Source: Candidatus Pacearchaeota archaeon (GTDB taxonomy: Archaea > Nanobdellota > Nanobdellia > Pacearchaeales > GW2011-AR1). Taken from it: 64,000 nt of DNA. The DNA is taken from NCBI GenBank assembly GCA_026002795.1, contig BPGA01000001.1, forward strand, positions 163,220 to 227,219, in the 5' to 3' direction. The notes beneath the pieces were generated by a model. That model was given only the letters and a program-made list of their open reading frames with translations. It was not told where the DNA came from and did no database searches. Shown piece by piece: positions 47,197-57,249 of this stretch (its first letter is position 1; each line of letters begins with the position of its first letter). A program made the translations under genes and the position numbers.

Positions 47197-50100
47197 AAAA
47201 GGTTTAATTCAAAAAAGTATGACTTTAATTTTCATAGCTTTTGCTTTATTTGCTTTAATATTTTTGGTATATAATTCAAAGTATGCTTCAGCTGCAAAAT
47301 CAGATCAATTCTTTATAGGCAATTTTACATGTGAAAGTTTTGAAGATGCTCTTTTATGGAGTGCTGTAGGACAAAAAAGTGCACCAACAAATAGTTATTT
47401 TGGATGGGTACCGGCAGTAGGATGTAATTCAAGCATTAATACAGTAGGTCCTAAAGCATGTGATATACATAAAATACAAAGTTTTGTAAGATATTCAAAT
47501 ATTGGAACAGCGAATAGTTTAACTACAGGACAAGTATATGCTCAAATCGCAAACACAACACAATCAAATGAAACAAACCCTTCATCAGCAAACTTTACTT
47601 TAGCAAGATATTTTGCAAGATTAAATGAAACGGTAGTTGCGGGAGATGTTTTAGGTCCAAGATATGAATGTGGAATTGCTTCAGACACTACTTCAATAAA
47701 TAGAACATGTCAAGTTAATGGAAGTGGATATGATAACAGCACTTTTAATTATTCTGTTCGTTTATTTGCAGATGGAGCTGCTAATGGAAAAACAAGAGCT
47801 TTAATTGATGTTTTCAATATAAAATACGACTGGTGTTGGACGCCAATAATTTATGATGCAGTTGTGACTCCTGACATTGCAGATAATGAAACAACTTTCA
47901 CATTTACCATTAATGTTACAAATCCTGGAGCAACAACAAATGTTTCTTTGTTTACAGCACCTCTAGGATCAAATGAGTGGGTACAGGAAGGGGCTACTCA
48001 AACTTGTATAGATTGTGCACAAAAAAAGCTGACATTTAATGTGAATTTTGGAAACCGTATTGGAAAAAGAATTTTTAAGTTTAATGCAACAGACGGCACT
48101 TACGGCACTGAAGCTGGAAATCCAGCACATTTAGGAACAGCAACAAACGAATGCCTTGACACAGATAATGATTGCCAGTTTGAAGTAACTCAAGCAGCGG
48201 CAGCACAGGGAACTCCAAATATCATAAATGAAACAGTAAATGGTGTTCAGTCAGGAGCTGTTGAAGGCTGGGGAACAAACTGGACTTTTTCTGTAAATGT
48301 AAGTAACCCTCCTGATGGAGCAGGAGATATTAATGTAACTCTTTTTGTTAATACTGGGTCTGGCTTTATACAAAAAGCATCTGCAAATTGTACAGCGCCT
48401 TGCTCCAGCTCAACAAAATTTACTTTCTTTGTGGATGATTTTCAATGTTCTGATATTTCTTCTGCTCAATACAGATTTACTGCAACCAATCTTAACGGAA
48501 CTACAACTGTAACCCACCCATTTACAATCGAAAGAGATGATGTAATTATTGAGCATATTCAAGGAAACAATAGCATTGCAAATAGAAGTGGAAACCAGAT
48601 AGATTTGCTTATTGTTAGGGTTTTTGACTCTGATAAAGCTCCTTCAGGAGCATATATTGGAAGTGGAACAAATGTTACTTTTAACGTAAAATTTGATGAT
48701 GTAAACTTTGATGCTGGAACAAACAGAACAACAAATTCATCTGGATATGCTAATTATTCTTTTGACCCAACATGTTCTCCAACAAAATACCAAGTAGGAA
48801 ACAGAGAATGGAAAGCTTCAACGTCAGGAGATTCATGTTATAAAGATGTAACCTCAAGTATTCTTAACTTATCAATTGCAGGAGATATTATTCTTACATT
48901 TAATGAACCTGATGGTTCAAGCAACTTTACTCAGGAAGATGAAATAACTTTCCTTGGAGCAACAACAGATGATTGCGGAGATGCTTTAGTTACAACAGTA
49001 AAGTATTATGCAAACTCTTCTGAAGATAGCTTTGCATGTACTTCAACAACACAAATAGGTGCAAATGCATTCCAGTGTGTTTATACAACTTCTCTTTCAG
49101 ACACAAGAGGTTATTATAATACAACAATGCTAGCAAATAGAACTCTACATTATGATAATCAAACAAGTAATGTTGGAAATCCTGGATTATTCTATTTATT
49201 CCCTAGAAAAAAGCTTACAAATCCAACTGCAAATCCAACTGCAGAAGGTTGGGGTAAACCAAACTGGAATTTCTCTGTTTTAGCAAGTTCTGGTGATATT
49301 GACAATGTTCTTCAGGTTAACTTATTTATGGCACAATCAGTAAACCCAACAACACAATGTACTTCACCTACATGTCAGAATCAAACACCAATAATTTGTG
49401 ATGCTGTTGCTGGTTGTAGTAATCAGCTTGTAACTTATTATAGAAACTTTACAGCATCTGATCAAGGAACATGGTTCTTCCAATTTAAGTTTAATGATAC
49501 TGAACTAACTTCAACATCAGGAACTGAGTTTTCAGTTGTTGTTGAAAAAGATGATACAAATATAAGCTATGGTGGTCAGGGAAATGCAACAACTGTAATT
49601 AAAGATACACAACCACAGAATCTTTCAGTTCGTGTTTTTGATTTAGATAAAAACAGCTATAATGTAACATTGCCAAGCGCAAATGTAACATTTAAGCTTC
49701 TTGATCCTGGTTATGCTGGTGGTGAAAAAATTATTGGATATGCTCTTACAAATGAAACAGGCCATGCAACATTCTTGTTTAATGTTACAGAGTGTAATTT
49801 CCAGCAAGGAACTCAGAAATGGATTGGTGAAATTCTTTCAACAGAGCCAAATTACAAACCAAGTAAGTCAGAGAACTTTACAATAACAATAAATCTTCCT
49901 GGATGTGAAGCAACTGTTTCAGTTGAAAATGTTATAACACCTACTGAAACATTCCAAAACATTAACTTCACAATAAATTCAACAATTGCTGCATTTATAT
50001 CAACTGCAAATGATGTTAATGTTACATTAAATGTTCCTTCTGGATGGATTGTAGGACCAAGTGCAACACAAAGCCTTGGAAGTGTTGTACCAGGAACTCC

Positions 50101-53100
50101 AAAAACAGTTTCATGGACAGTTAATGCAACAAGTTATGGAAGGTTTAATGTCTCTGTATTTGCAAACTCAAGTGATGCTGGAAATGACACCCTTGACTCT
50201 TCAAACTTCCAGGTTTATAAGGAAGAGCTAAAAGGAACAGCATTAAGCCCAACACTGCCTTCTATTGTTCAAGCTGGAGGAAATATTACAGCATCATGGC
50301 AGTGTAGTGTTGGAGATTATAGAGTTGCAACACTAAACATAAATGCAAATACAAGTTCAAGTCCAACAACAATAAGGGTTTTGACTTATAATGGAACAGA
50401 TTTTGTAGATGTTCTTCACTCTAAGTCTGTTGACACAAATAACACAATTAAAACAATAAAAGTTCCTCTTTTAAGCAAGCAAATTGATAGCAATGAGACA
50501 GGATTCTGTAATGTAAAAATATTTAATCTAGGAAGCAACAGTATAAATATAACAGACATTTCATTGGAAGCTTATTACAATGAAACTGTTTCTGTAAGAG
50601 ATGTCCAAGCAAGTGTTAATGGTGTAAACACAACTGGAATTGAAAGTTCTGAAACATTGTTTAATGTTTCTGCAATTCTTGCTAACTCAATAAATCAGAG
50701 CTTCTTGGCTAATGTAACTCTTAACATAACAAACTCTTCAGGAGTTGTTTTCACATCAACAAACAATAACATTAATATTCCAGCATTAGGAAGCATACAA
50801 ACAAACTTCATTAACATTAACACTTCAAACTGGAGTGTTGGAAATTATAGTATTGAAGTTTATGCAGTTGGAAACTTCACAAAAGCTAATAACAAAACAG
50901 AAATTCTAATCTTTAACAATGTTGAGATTTATGCAGATAGTACAAAATACATATGCAACAGTACAACTGAAACATTTAATGTAACAATATTCCATCCTTT
51001 CACAGATACAATACAATACAACATTTCCTTAGAAATGCCTTCTGGTTGGTCTTATTCAGGAGCACAAACTGTAAACATTTCAACAATTGGAAATCATTCA
51101 TTCATATTTAACATAACATCAAGCAATGCTGCTGCTGAAAATGCAACAATAAACGCAACAATAAACTACAGCTATCCTGGAATTAATAAGCTGAAAAAAA
51201 CAAGCTTTAATATCGAGGAAGGTAACAATATACCAATACTAGAAATAATAAGAGAGAGTCCGAGAGTTGTGTCAAGTAATACAGAGTTTGTTTCAAGATT
51301 AATTGTCTACAATAAAGGATGTGCTTTAGCAAATTCAATTAGTTTAACAGAAAAGGTTTCTTCTGGTTGGACAGCTTATACTCCTTCCATTGATGGAGTT
51401 TTGGGTGGAATTGCTGACATTCCTAAAGGAGAAATAAGATATACTGAAAATGACTTAGGAACAATTAGAGCAAAAGAGTACAAAGTTTTGTCTTACTTCA
51501 TATTTTCTCCATCAGGGCTTAATGAAATCGGAAAATTAAGATATAATCTAACATGGGGCTCAAGAAATAATTATGAGCCTACAGAATTCACAATAAATAC
51601 TTCAAAATACACTAAAGAATCTCATCTTTCCTATAATATAAGAGCAGTAGGAAGCTTTAAAGATAGGTCTGCAGAAAAAGATGAAAATCAACTTTATGAA
51701 TTTAATGTGACGAATATTGGTGATTTCAACATTACAAATGCAACTTGGAATGTTAGCTTAAGCATTCCTAATGAATGTTCTCCTTCAAACTATACAGGTA
51801 TTTTCAACTCCACGACAAGAAAAATAACATGGCCTCTTGGAACACTAAATGTTTCTAATACAAAGAGTTTCTTCCTTAATTTGAATTGTACTGTTGAAAA
51901 TAGATTTGTTTTAGTTGCCGAAGGTACTAATGACACAAGAACACAAACAAGCTTTAGCAATAACACTGGAATTGGTTGTAGTTTCAGTTCTGGAAATGAG
52001 TGCTCTTCAGTTTCAAGCTTTACATTTAGTAAGCCAAGCAATGCAAGATATGAAAAACTTTCTAGTGTGAATGCAACAATATTCTACAACTTTACAGACT
52101 TTAAGATGACAGTTGGTGAAGGAGCAATAAACTTTAGTGATGATTTCAATAAGTTTAGAATTTTATGGCAGAACTATTCTATAACAACTCCTGATGGAAC
52201 TTCTGGAACAGTTGTTGCTAACTATACTCTTGATTCTAGTGAACAAGATTCTTTTGTAAACTCAGCAAGAAATATTGGTGTAAGAGCTTATGTTGATGCA
52301 ACTTCTTCTGCAAAGGGAAATGTAACATTACAAAAAATTGATTACACCTGGGATCACGGAAAGCTTTTCAATGAGAGTCAGAATTTGTTTATAGATATTC
52401 ATCCTTTCATATTTGATCTGCCAACGCCTGTGTTACAAACACCTTTAAACAATTCTCTTCAAGCAGCTGTACCTGTTGGTTTATCATGGGAAGCTATAAG
52501 CGCGCCACAAGGAATAAATATAACTTATTATGTATTTGGTGATAGCACAAATGCTTCTACATTACTTGATGTAATAACAGAAAACCTTTATTTATGGCGT
52601 GATTTAGGAGCAACACAAGGAACATTTTATTGGAAAGTTATTGCAAGTGATGGAACACAAAATAAAAGCTCTGAGATAAGACAGTTTACTCTTGATTTAT
52701 GTCAGCCAAACACTAATTTCGCTTTTGCTTTAAATTATCCAATGAGTTATAATCTAACAACAGATACAATTACTGTTTGGGGTAGTAATGGCACTGGATT
52801 TACTGCAATGGGTAACAATGAAAGTAATCCTATAACTTTCAAGAACATATTTGAATTTGGACAGGCAGTAAGAGGTGTTTGTGCTGTTACTAATCCTTCT
52901 TCTGGATCATATGTTATTTTAAGTAGATTAGAATTAGGCAATGTAACAGATCCGTTAAATACGACTTTTGTAAAAACAACTGGAGAGTCATTAAGCTTTA
53001 ATAAGCAACTTCAATTAAACTTCAATGCCACCCTCATTTCTGGTCAGTTAACACAAGGGGGCTCTCCATTTGGAGGATCAACTCTTTCATTTTCTGGCTT

Positions 53101-56100
53101 AGATGCTGTTAATCAAGAAGAAGGAGAGTTTTACTTAAAACCAGGATCTAAGTTAAGATTATATGATACAGGTGTTTTACATACAATAACAGCAAATAAT
53201 TCAAATCCATTTAGGCTTTATTGGAATGGTGATGTAATTGCAAAAGCAAGCACTTTACAAAACTGGTACACTATAAGATTCTTAGGATCAAACAACACAA
53301 TAGACAACTTAATTTTAACAAATATGGGAGAAGGATTCTTCCCAGCAGCGACGCAGATAGGTGTTTTAACAAATATAAGACCAAGTGGAATTCAAAAAGG
53401 TGGGTTAATGCTTGAAGGTAATGCAAATTCTACAATAACTAGCTTAGAAGTTCAGGAAGCTACAAATGATATACTTGTTCAAAATTATACAGGTACAACA
53501 AACTTAATTAATGCAAATTTGAATTTCAGTAATATAAACTGGACAACAGGTACATTCTCTGGAAAAATTAACAGAAAATACGATTATGAGCCAACAGTAA
53601 CAGATAGTGCTGGAATACCTATTTCAAATACAAGTATGGTTTTATTAGATACTAGAGGAGAAATTATATTTGACTTGTTTACAGATTCTTTAGGAAAAAT
53701 ACCAAAGCAAACAATAACAAGAGCTATTTATGATTATAACTTTAAGACAGGAGATGATAGAGGTCCACATACTCTAAAAATAAAGAAATACGGAAAAACT
53801 TTCCAGTCTTTAGCAAAGCAATTCTCTGCAGCAACAATTGAAACATTACAGTTAACAAATAATCCATTCATAAATAGAACAGAGGCTCAGGCAAAAAATC
53901 AAACAGGAATAAAATTCAATCCTCCAATAAGAGTACCATATGGAGCTGAAATATATCAAAACTTTAATACAACAGGAAAACTTAATAACTCTCCTATAAC
54001 ACAATCAGAATTCTTTGCAGTATTTGGATTTGATGGTGTTAATGAAAATAGAAAACTTACTCTTGTTACAGGTAGTCCTAGTGCAAATGGAGAGTTTAGT
54101 GTAAATTATGCAACAGGAGAATTAATTTTCTTCAATGATCAAACCGGCCACAATGTAACTCCTGTTTATAGTTATGGAGGAAATATTACAATTTCTACAG
54201 GAACTGCTTCACAAAATTGTATTAGCATGAGCAATCTTTATGATTACATGCAAGCAAACCTTTCAGATGTTATTACAACAGTTGATGGAATTACATATAC
54301 AATGTTTGTAAACCTTATAATAGGAAATAACACTGTGGGAGGGTGTATTGTTGATCCTAAGGCATCTATAGTGTTTGAAGATGGCTATACTTACAGCTTT
54401 AGTCCTATAGGTGGTTATATTGATTTAGCAGGAATAACTGCAGGAGGCGGAACTTCGGGAAGTGGAATTAATCCATTAAGTATAGTAGATTCTGTTGGTT
54501 CACAGTATAATCCTGGAGATGTAGTTGATGTATTTTCAACAACTTACGAATCCTCAACAGGAAATTTAATTGATGCAACTGTAAATGTAACAATATTTTA
54601 TCCAAATAATAGTATTTTAGTAAGTGGTATATCAAATAAAATATCTACTGGATTTTATAAGTTTAATACAACTCTTCCAGATAATTCTCCTTTAGGAACT
54701 TATGGAATTTTAATAAGAGCTAATGACTCTTCTGGTAATGTTGTTAATGATGTTCTTTCATTTAAAGTTGAACAAAAACAAATTTCTTCTGGATTTGCTC
54801 TTAATATGTTTAACACAATAGGAAGTACTTATGGTTTTGGTGATGTAGTAAAGTTATTCACGACAACAGTAAATTCTTCTGGCAACCTAGTAAACTCAAC
54901 AGTTAATGTTGCTGTATTCTATCCTAACAATACTTTGTTAAATTCTGGGCAGTCTTCTTTAGTCTCTACAGGAAGATTTGAATACAGCTTTATTGCTCCA
55001 ACAGTTGAAGGAACTTATAGAATAAATGTAGATGCAAATTATTCTGGAAACGAAGCGCACGATACAGAATCATTTATAATTTCAGCTACAAGTTCTGGCG
55101 GTAGTGTATCAACTCCTCAGATTTATGTAGAGGCACCTTCTGTAGTGAATGTTAATACGAACTTTAGTATAGTCTCTCTTATAAACAGTGAAAGTGGAAT
55201 TCCTGTAAATTGTGATTCTGGAGCAAATTTGACAATAAAAGATAGCTTAAATGGTGTTAATGTTTTAAATGAAACCCCAATGACAAACTTTGCTCTTGGT
55301 CTTTACAATTACACCTATTTAGCATCAACACCTTCAAGTTATTTAGCAATAGTTGATTGTATAATCTCGAATGTAGAGTATAAAGGAATAAAAGCATTTT
55401 CGACACAAGGAGTTCCTCTTCCAAAAAAAGCTGTTGTTGAAATGTCTGATTTTGATGAGGTTTTAGCTGGAAAGAATTTCAGAGCAAAAATCTGGATATT
55501 TGATCAAAATGGAGTTCCTATAAATGCAGATTCTACACCAACAATAACTCTTTATGATCCTCTAAGAAATATTATTGTTCAGAATGTATCTATGACACAA
55601 ATAAGTACTGGAATTTATGAGTACAACTTTACAACTTCTTCTGGTCTAACTGGTGGAGTATGGGAAGCTATTGCAAATGTTGTTGTTAATGGTATAAACT
55701 ATCAACCTTCTGACTTTTGGGAATTAGAATCAAGTCCAGCTCAAGTTAAGATTAATAGTATTGTAGATAATACAATACCCACAATAACAGCAGATGTAAC
55801 AATAACAAATGAGGGTTCTGGAGCTCAAGAGTATCAGTATGAGTATTGTATAGTTTCTGAACAAACTAATCAGTGTGGTGGAGATGATGATATTGATTAC
55901 GCGTCTGGAGCAAAACTATTAAATCCAGGAGAAAGTTTCAATACTTTGTTAACTTTAGACGGTGTAACCTCTCCTGGAGATTATTATTTCAAAATTGTTG
56001 TTTATTTTGGAACAGAAAAAAGTGGGGCTTCTCAATTATTTACAGCTGTAGAAGAAGGCGCACCAACACCAGCACCTGCACCTAGCGCTCCTTCTGGAGG

Positions 56101-56764
56101 TGGTGGGGGAGCTGCTCCAATAACACCTCCTGAAATTGTGAAAGAAGAGAAACCAACGGGTAAATTGTACTTATTTAATTTAAATATAGATATAATAAGT
56201 TTAAGGGCTTTAACATTGCTCCAAAACTCTATTGAAACTAATAAAGAGTTTTTAACATCAAAACAAATATTTATAGACTTTTCATCGCTAAACCCAACAA
56301 GAGATGAACTTATTCTAGAGACCAAAACAAACATAACTGACTTTTCATCAATTAAAGGAGAAAAAGACGTTGTGTTAGAACACTCTATAGAAGATCCAAA
56401 TGGAAAAGTTTATGTATCTAGCTTTGAAACAAGAAAAATAAACAATTCAGAGATAGTAATAAAGGAAATTAAAATTCCTGCAAGATTGTTGAGTGTTGGC
56501 AATTATCTTGTTGTTGCTAAGTTAACATACAATAATGAAACCTTTATTGGTAGAGATGTATTTGCTATTGTAAGCAAAGAACCAGAAGCAAAAATTGAGA
56601 GTATAAGCATATGGATTTTAATTATTGTTTTAATTTTATCGATAATATTAGTTATTACAATAATAAGATTGATTATTAAAAAACAAGCATATAAAAGAAA
56701 AATTGAACAGAGATTGCAGGAAAAAGAAAGTTTAAAAAAAGTAGAAAGGTATATTAAAGAATAA
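47168..56764 (+). CDS. giant (3198 aa) cell-surface protein: N-terminal signal anchor, sequon-rich Ig-like/CARDB-like repeat modules, Pro/Ala/Gly linker, C-terminal TM anchor with coiled cytoplasmic tail
   Basis: Single uninterrupted ORF; N-term LIFIAFALFALIFLVY; very many N-x-S/T sequons; recurring EGWG(T/K)NW(T/N)FSV and VNVT(I/V)FYPNN modules; PTPAPAPSAPSGGGGGAAP then IWILIIVLILSIILVITIIRLII. Confidence 0.85.
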   Translation: MILKGLFQNKKGLIQKSMTLIFIAFALFALIFLVYNSKYASAAKSDQFFIGNFTCESFEDALLWSAVGQKSAPTNSYFGWVPAVGCNSSINTVGPKACDIHKIQSFVRYSNIGTANSLTTGQVYAQIANTTQSNETNPSSANFTLARYFARLNETVVAGDVLGPRYECGIASDTTSINRTCQVNGSGYDNSTFNYSVRLFADGAANGKTRALIDVFNIKYDWCWTPIIYDAVVTPDIADNETTFTFTINVTNPGATTNVSLFTAPLGSNEWVQEGATQTCIDCAQKKLTFNVNFGNRIGKRIFKFNATDGTYGTEAGNPAHLGTATNECLDTDNDCQFEVTQAAAAQGTPNIINETVNGVQSGAVEGWGTNWTFSVNVSNPPDGAGDINVTLFVNTGSGFIQKASANCTAPCSSSTKFTFFVDDFQCSDISSAQYRFTATNLNGTTTVTHPFTIERDDVIIEHIQGNNSIANRSGNQIDLLIVRVFDSDKAPSGAYIGSGTNVTFNVKFDDVNFDAGTNRTTNSSGYANYSFDPTCSPTKYQVGNREWKASTSGDSCYKDVTSSILNLSIAGDIILTFNEPDGSSNFTQEDEITFLGATTDDCGDALVTTVKYYANSSEDSFACTSTTQIGANAFQCVYTTSLSDTRGYYNTTMLANRTLHYDNQTSNVGNPGLFYLFPRKKLTNPTANPTAEGWGKPNWNFSVLASSGDIDNVLQVNLFMAQSVNPTTQCTSPTCQNQTPIICDAVAGCSNQLVTYYRNFTASDQGTWFFQFKFNDTELTSTSGTEFSVVVEKDDTNISYGGQGNATTVIKDTQPQNLSVRVFDLDKNSYNVTLPSANVTFKLLDPGYAGGEKIIGYALTNETGHATFLFNVTECNFQQGTQKWIGEILSTEPNYKPSKSENFTITINLPGCEATVSVENVITPTETFQNINFTINSTIAAFISTANDVNVTLNVPSGWIVGPSATQSLGSVVPGTPKTVSWTVNATSYGRFNVSVFANSSDAGNDTLDSSNFQVYKEELKGTALSPTLPSIVQAGGNITASWQCSVGDYRVATLNINANTSSSPTTIRVLTYNGTDFVDVLHSKSVDTNNTIKTIKVPLLSKQIDSNETGFCNVKIFNLGSNSINITDISLEAYYNETVSVRDVQASVNGVNTTGIESSETLFNVSAILANSINQSFLANVTLNITNSSGVVFTSTNNNINIPALGSIQTNFININTSNWSVGNYSIEVYAVGNFTKANNKTEILIFNNVEIYADSTKYICNSTTETFNVTIFHPFTDTIQYNISLEMPSGWSYSGAQTVNISTIGNHSFIFNITSSNAAAENATINATINYSYPGINKLKKTSFNIEEGNNIPILEIIRESPRVVSSNTEFVSRLIVYNKGCALANSISLTEKVSSGWTAYTPSIDGVLGGIADIPKGEIRYTENDLGTIRAKEYKVLSYFIFSPSGLNEIGKLRYNLTWGSRNNYEPTEFTINTSKYTKESHLSYNIRAVGSFKDRSAEKDENQLYEFNVTNIGDFNITNATWNVSLSIPNECSPSNYTGIFNSTTRKITWPLGTLNVSNTKSFFLNLNCTVENRFVLVAEGTNDTRTQTSFSNNTGIGCSFSSGNECSSVSSFTFSKPSNARYEKLSSVNATIFYNFTDFKMTVGEGAINFSDDFNKFRILWQNYSITTPDGTSGTVVANYTLDSSEQDSFVNSARNIGVRAYVDATSSAKGNVTLQKIDYTWDHGKLFNESQNLFIDIHPFIFDLPTPVLQTPLNNSLQAAVPVGLSWEAISAPQGINITYYVFGDSTNASTLLDVITENLYLWRDLGATQGTFYWKVIASDGTQNKSSEIRQFTLDLCQPNTNFAFALNYPMSYNLTTDTITVWGSNGTGFTAMGNNESNPITFKNIFEFGQAVRGVCAVTNPSSGSYVILSRLELGNVTDPLNTTFVKTTGESLSFNKQLQLNFNATLISGQLTQGGSPFGGSTLSFSGLDAVNQEEGEFYLKPGSKLRLYDTGVLHTITANNSNPFRLYWNGDVIAKASTLQNWYTIRFLGSNNTIDNLILTNMGEGFFPAATQIGVLTNIRPSGIQKGGLMLEGNANSTITSLEVQEATNDILVQNYTGTTNLINANLNFSNINWTTGTFSGKINRKYDYEPTVTDSAGIPISNTSMVLLDTRGEIIFDLFTDSLGKIPKQTITRAIYDYNFKTGDDRGPHTLKIKKYGKTFQSLAKQFSAATIETLQLTNNPFINRTEAQAKNQTGIKFNPPIRVPYGAEIYQNFNTTGKLNNSPITQSEFFAVFGFDGVNENRKLTLVTGSPSANGEFSVNYATGELIFFNDQTGHNVTPVYSYGGNITISTGTASQNCISMSNLYDYMQANLSDVITTVDGITYTMFVNLIIGNNTVGGCIVDPKASIVFEDGYTYSFSPIGGYIDLAGITAGGGTSGSGINPLSIVDSVGSQYNPGDVVDVFSTTYESSTGNLIDATVNVTIFYPNNSILVSGISNKISTGFYKFNTTLPDNSPLGTYGILIRANDSSGNVVNDVLSFKVEQKQISSGFALNMFNTIGSTYGFGDVVKLFTTTVNSSGNLVNSTVNVAVFYPNNTLLNSGQSSLVSTGRFEYSFIAPTVEGTYRINVDANYSGNEAHDTESFIISATSSGGSVSTPQIYVEAPSVVNVNTNFSIVSLINSESGIPVNCDSGANLTIKDSLNGVNVLNETPMTNFALGLYNYTYLASTPSSYLAIVDCIISNVEYKGIKAFSTQGVPLPKKAVVEMSDFDEVLAGKNFRAKIWIFDQNGVPINADSTPTITLYDPLRNIIVQNVSMTQISTGIYEYNFTTSSGLTGGVWEAIANVVVNGINYQPSDFWELESSPAQVKINSIVDNTIPTITADVTITNEGSGAQEYQYEYCIVSEQTNQCGGDDDIDYASGAKLLNPGESFNTLLTLDGVTSPGDYYFKIVVYFGTEKSGASQLFTAVEEGAPTPAPAPSAPSGGGGGAAPITPPEIVKEEKPTGKLYLFNLNIDIISLRALTLLQNSIETNKEFLTSKQIFIDFSSLNPTRDELILETKTNITDFSSIKGEKDVVLEHSIEDPNGKVYVSSFETRKINNSEIVIKEIKIPARLLSVGNYLVVAKLTYNNETFIGRDVFAIVSKEPEAKIESISIWILIIVLILSIILVITIIRLIIKKQAYKRKIEQRLQEKESLKKVERYIKE

Positions 56765-56788
56765 AAAATAAAAATTTATATTTAAAGT

Positions 56789-57241
56789 TTGTTATTATTT
56801 AAAATGGTGCTTGACTCTTACACTACATCAATTATAATAAATCTTTTTTCGTTGTTTTTTTGTCTAGTTGCAATTTTTTTATTATTTGAAATAAAAAAAA
56901 GGGTTGTTGGTGATTTTGCAAGAGGGTTTACTTTCTTAATTTTTTCAATTATAATTGTTTTTATTTTTATTTTGTTTTCTCTAATAAATAAGACAAAACA
57001 AACAGAATTAAACTTATTAAATGATTTTTTATTTTTTATTTTTACTTTTTTTGTTTCTATGTTTACTATAAGTATGTATAATGTTTTGGGAAGAATAATA
57101 AAAGAAAGAAAAAAGATCCGTGAATTTGATAAAAAAGAAAAAGTTAGTAAGAAAAAAAATAAATTAGTGGAGTCTAGAAAGCCAAAGATAAGTTTAATTG
57201 GTGGTGAGGAGTATATAGACCTAACAAATATTAAAGAATAA
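56789..57241 (+). CDS. small membrane protein with basic C-terminal tail, hypothetical (last gene of operon)
   Basis: 3 TM helices then KERKKIREFDKKEKVSKKKNK. Confidence 0.45.
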   Translation: MLLFKMVLDSYTTSIIINLFSLFFCLVAIFLLFEIKKRVVGDFARGFTFLIFSIIIVFIFILFSLINKTKQTELNLLNDFLFFIFTFFVSMFTISMYNVLGRIIKERKKIREFDKKEKVSKKKNKLVESRKPKISLIGGEEYIDLTNIKE

Positions 57242-57249
57242 ATTTAGTT

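Noticed and set aside
49701-56334. Short ORFs on both strands inside the giant gene (49701-49886, 51790-52041, 52747-52941, 56032-56334)
   Set aside because: They are embedded in a continuous 9.6-kb sense ORF with consistent composition. The 56032-56334 ORF is the antisense of the Pro/Ala/Gly linker (hence GAAPPPPPEGALGAGAG).
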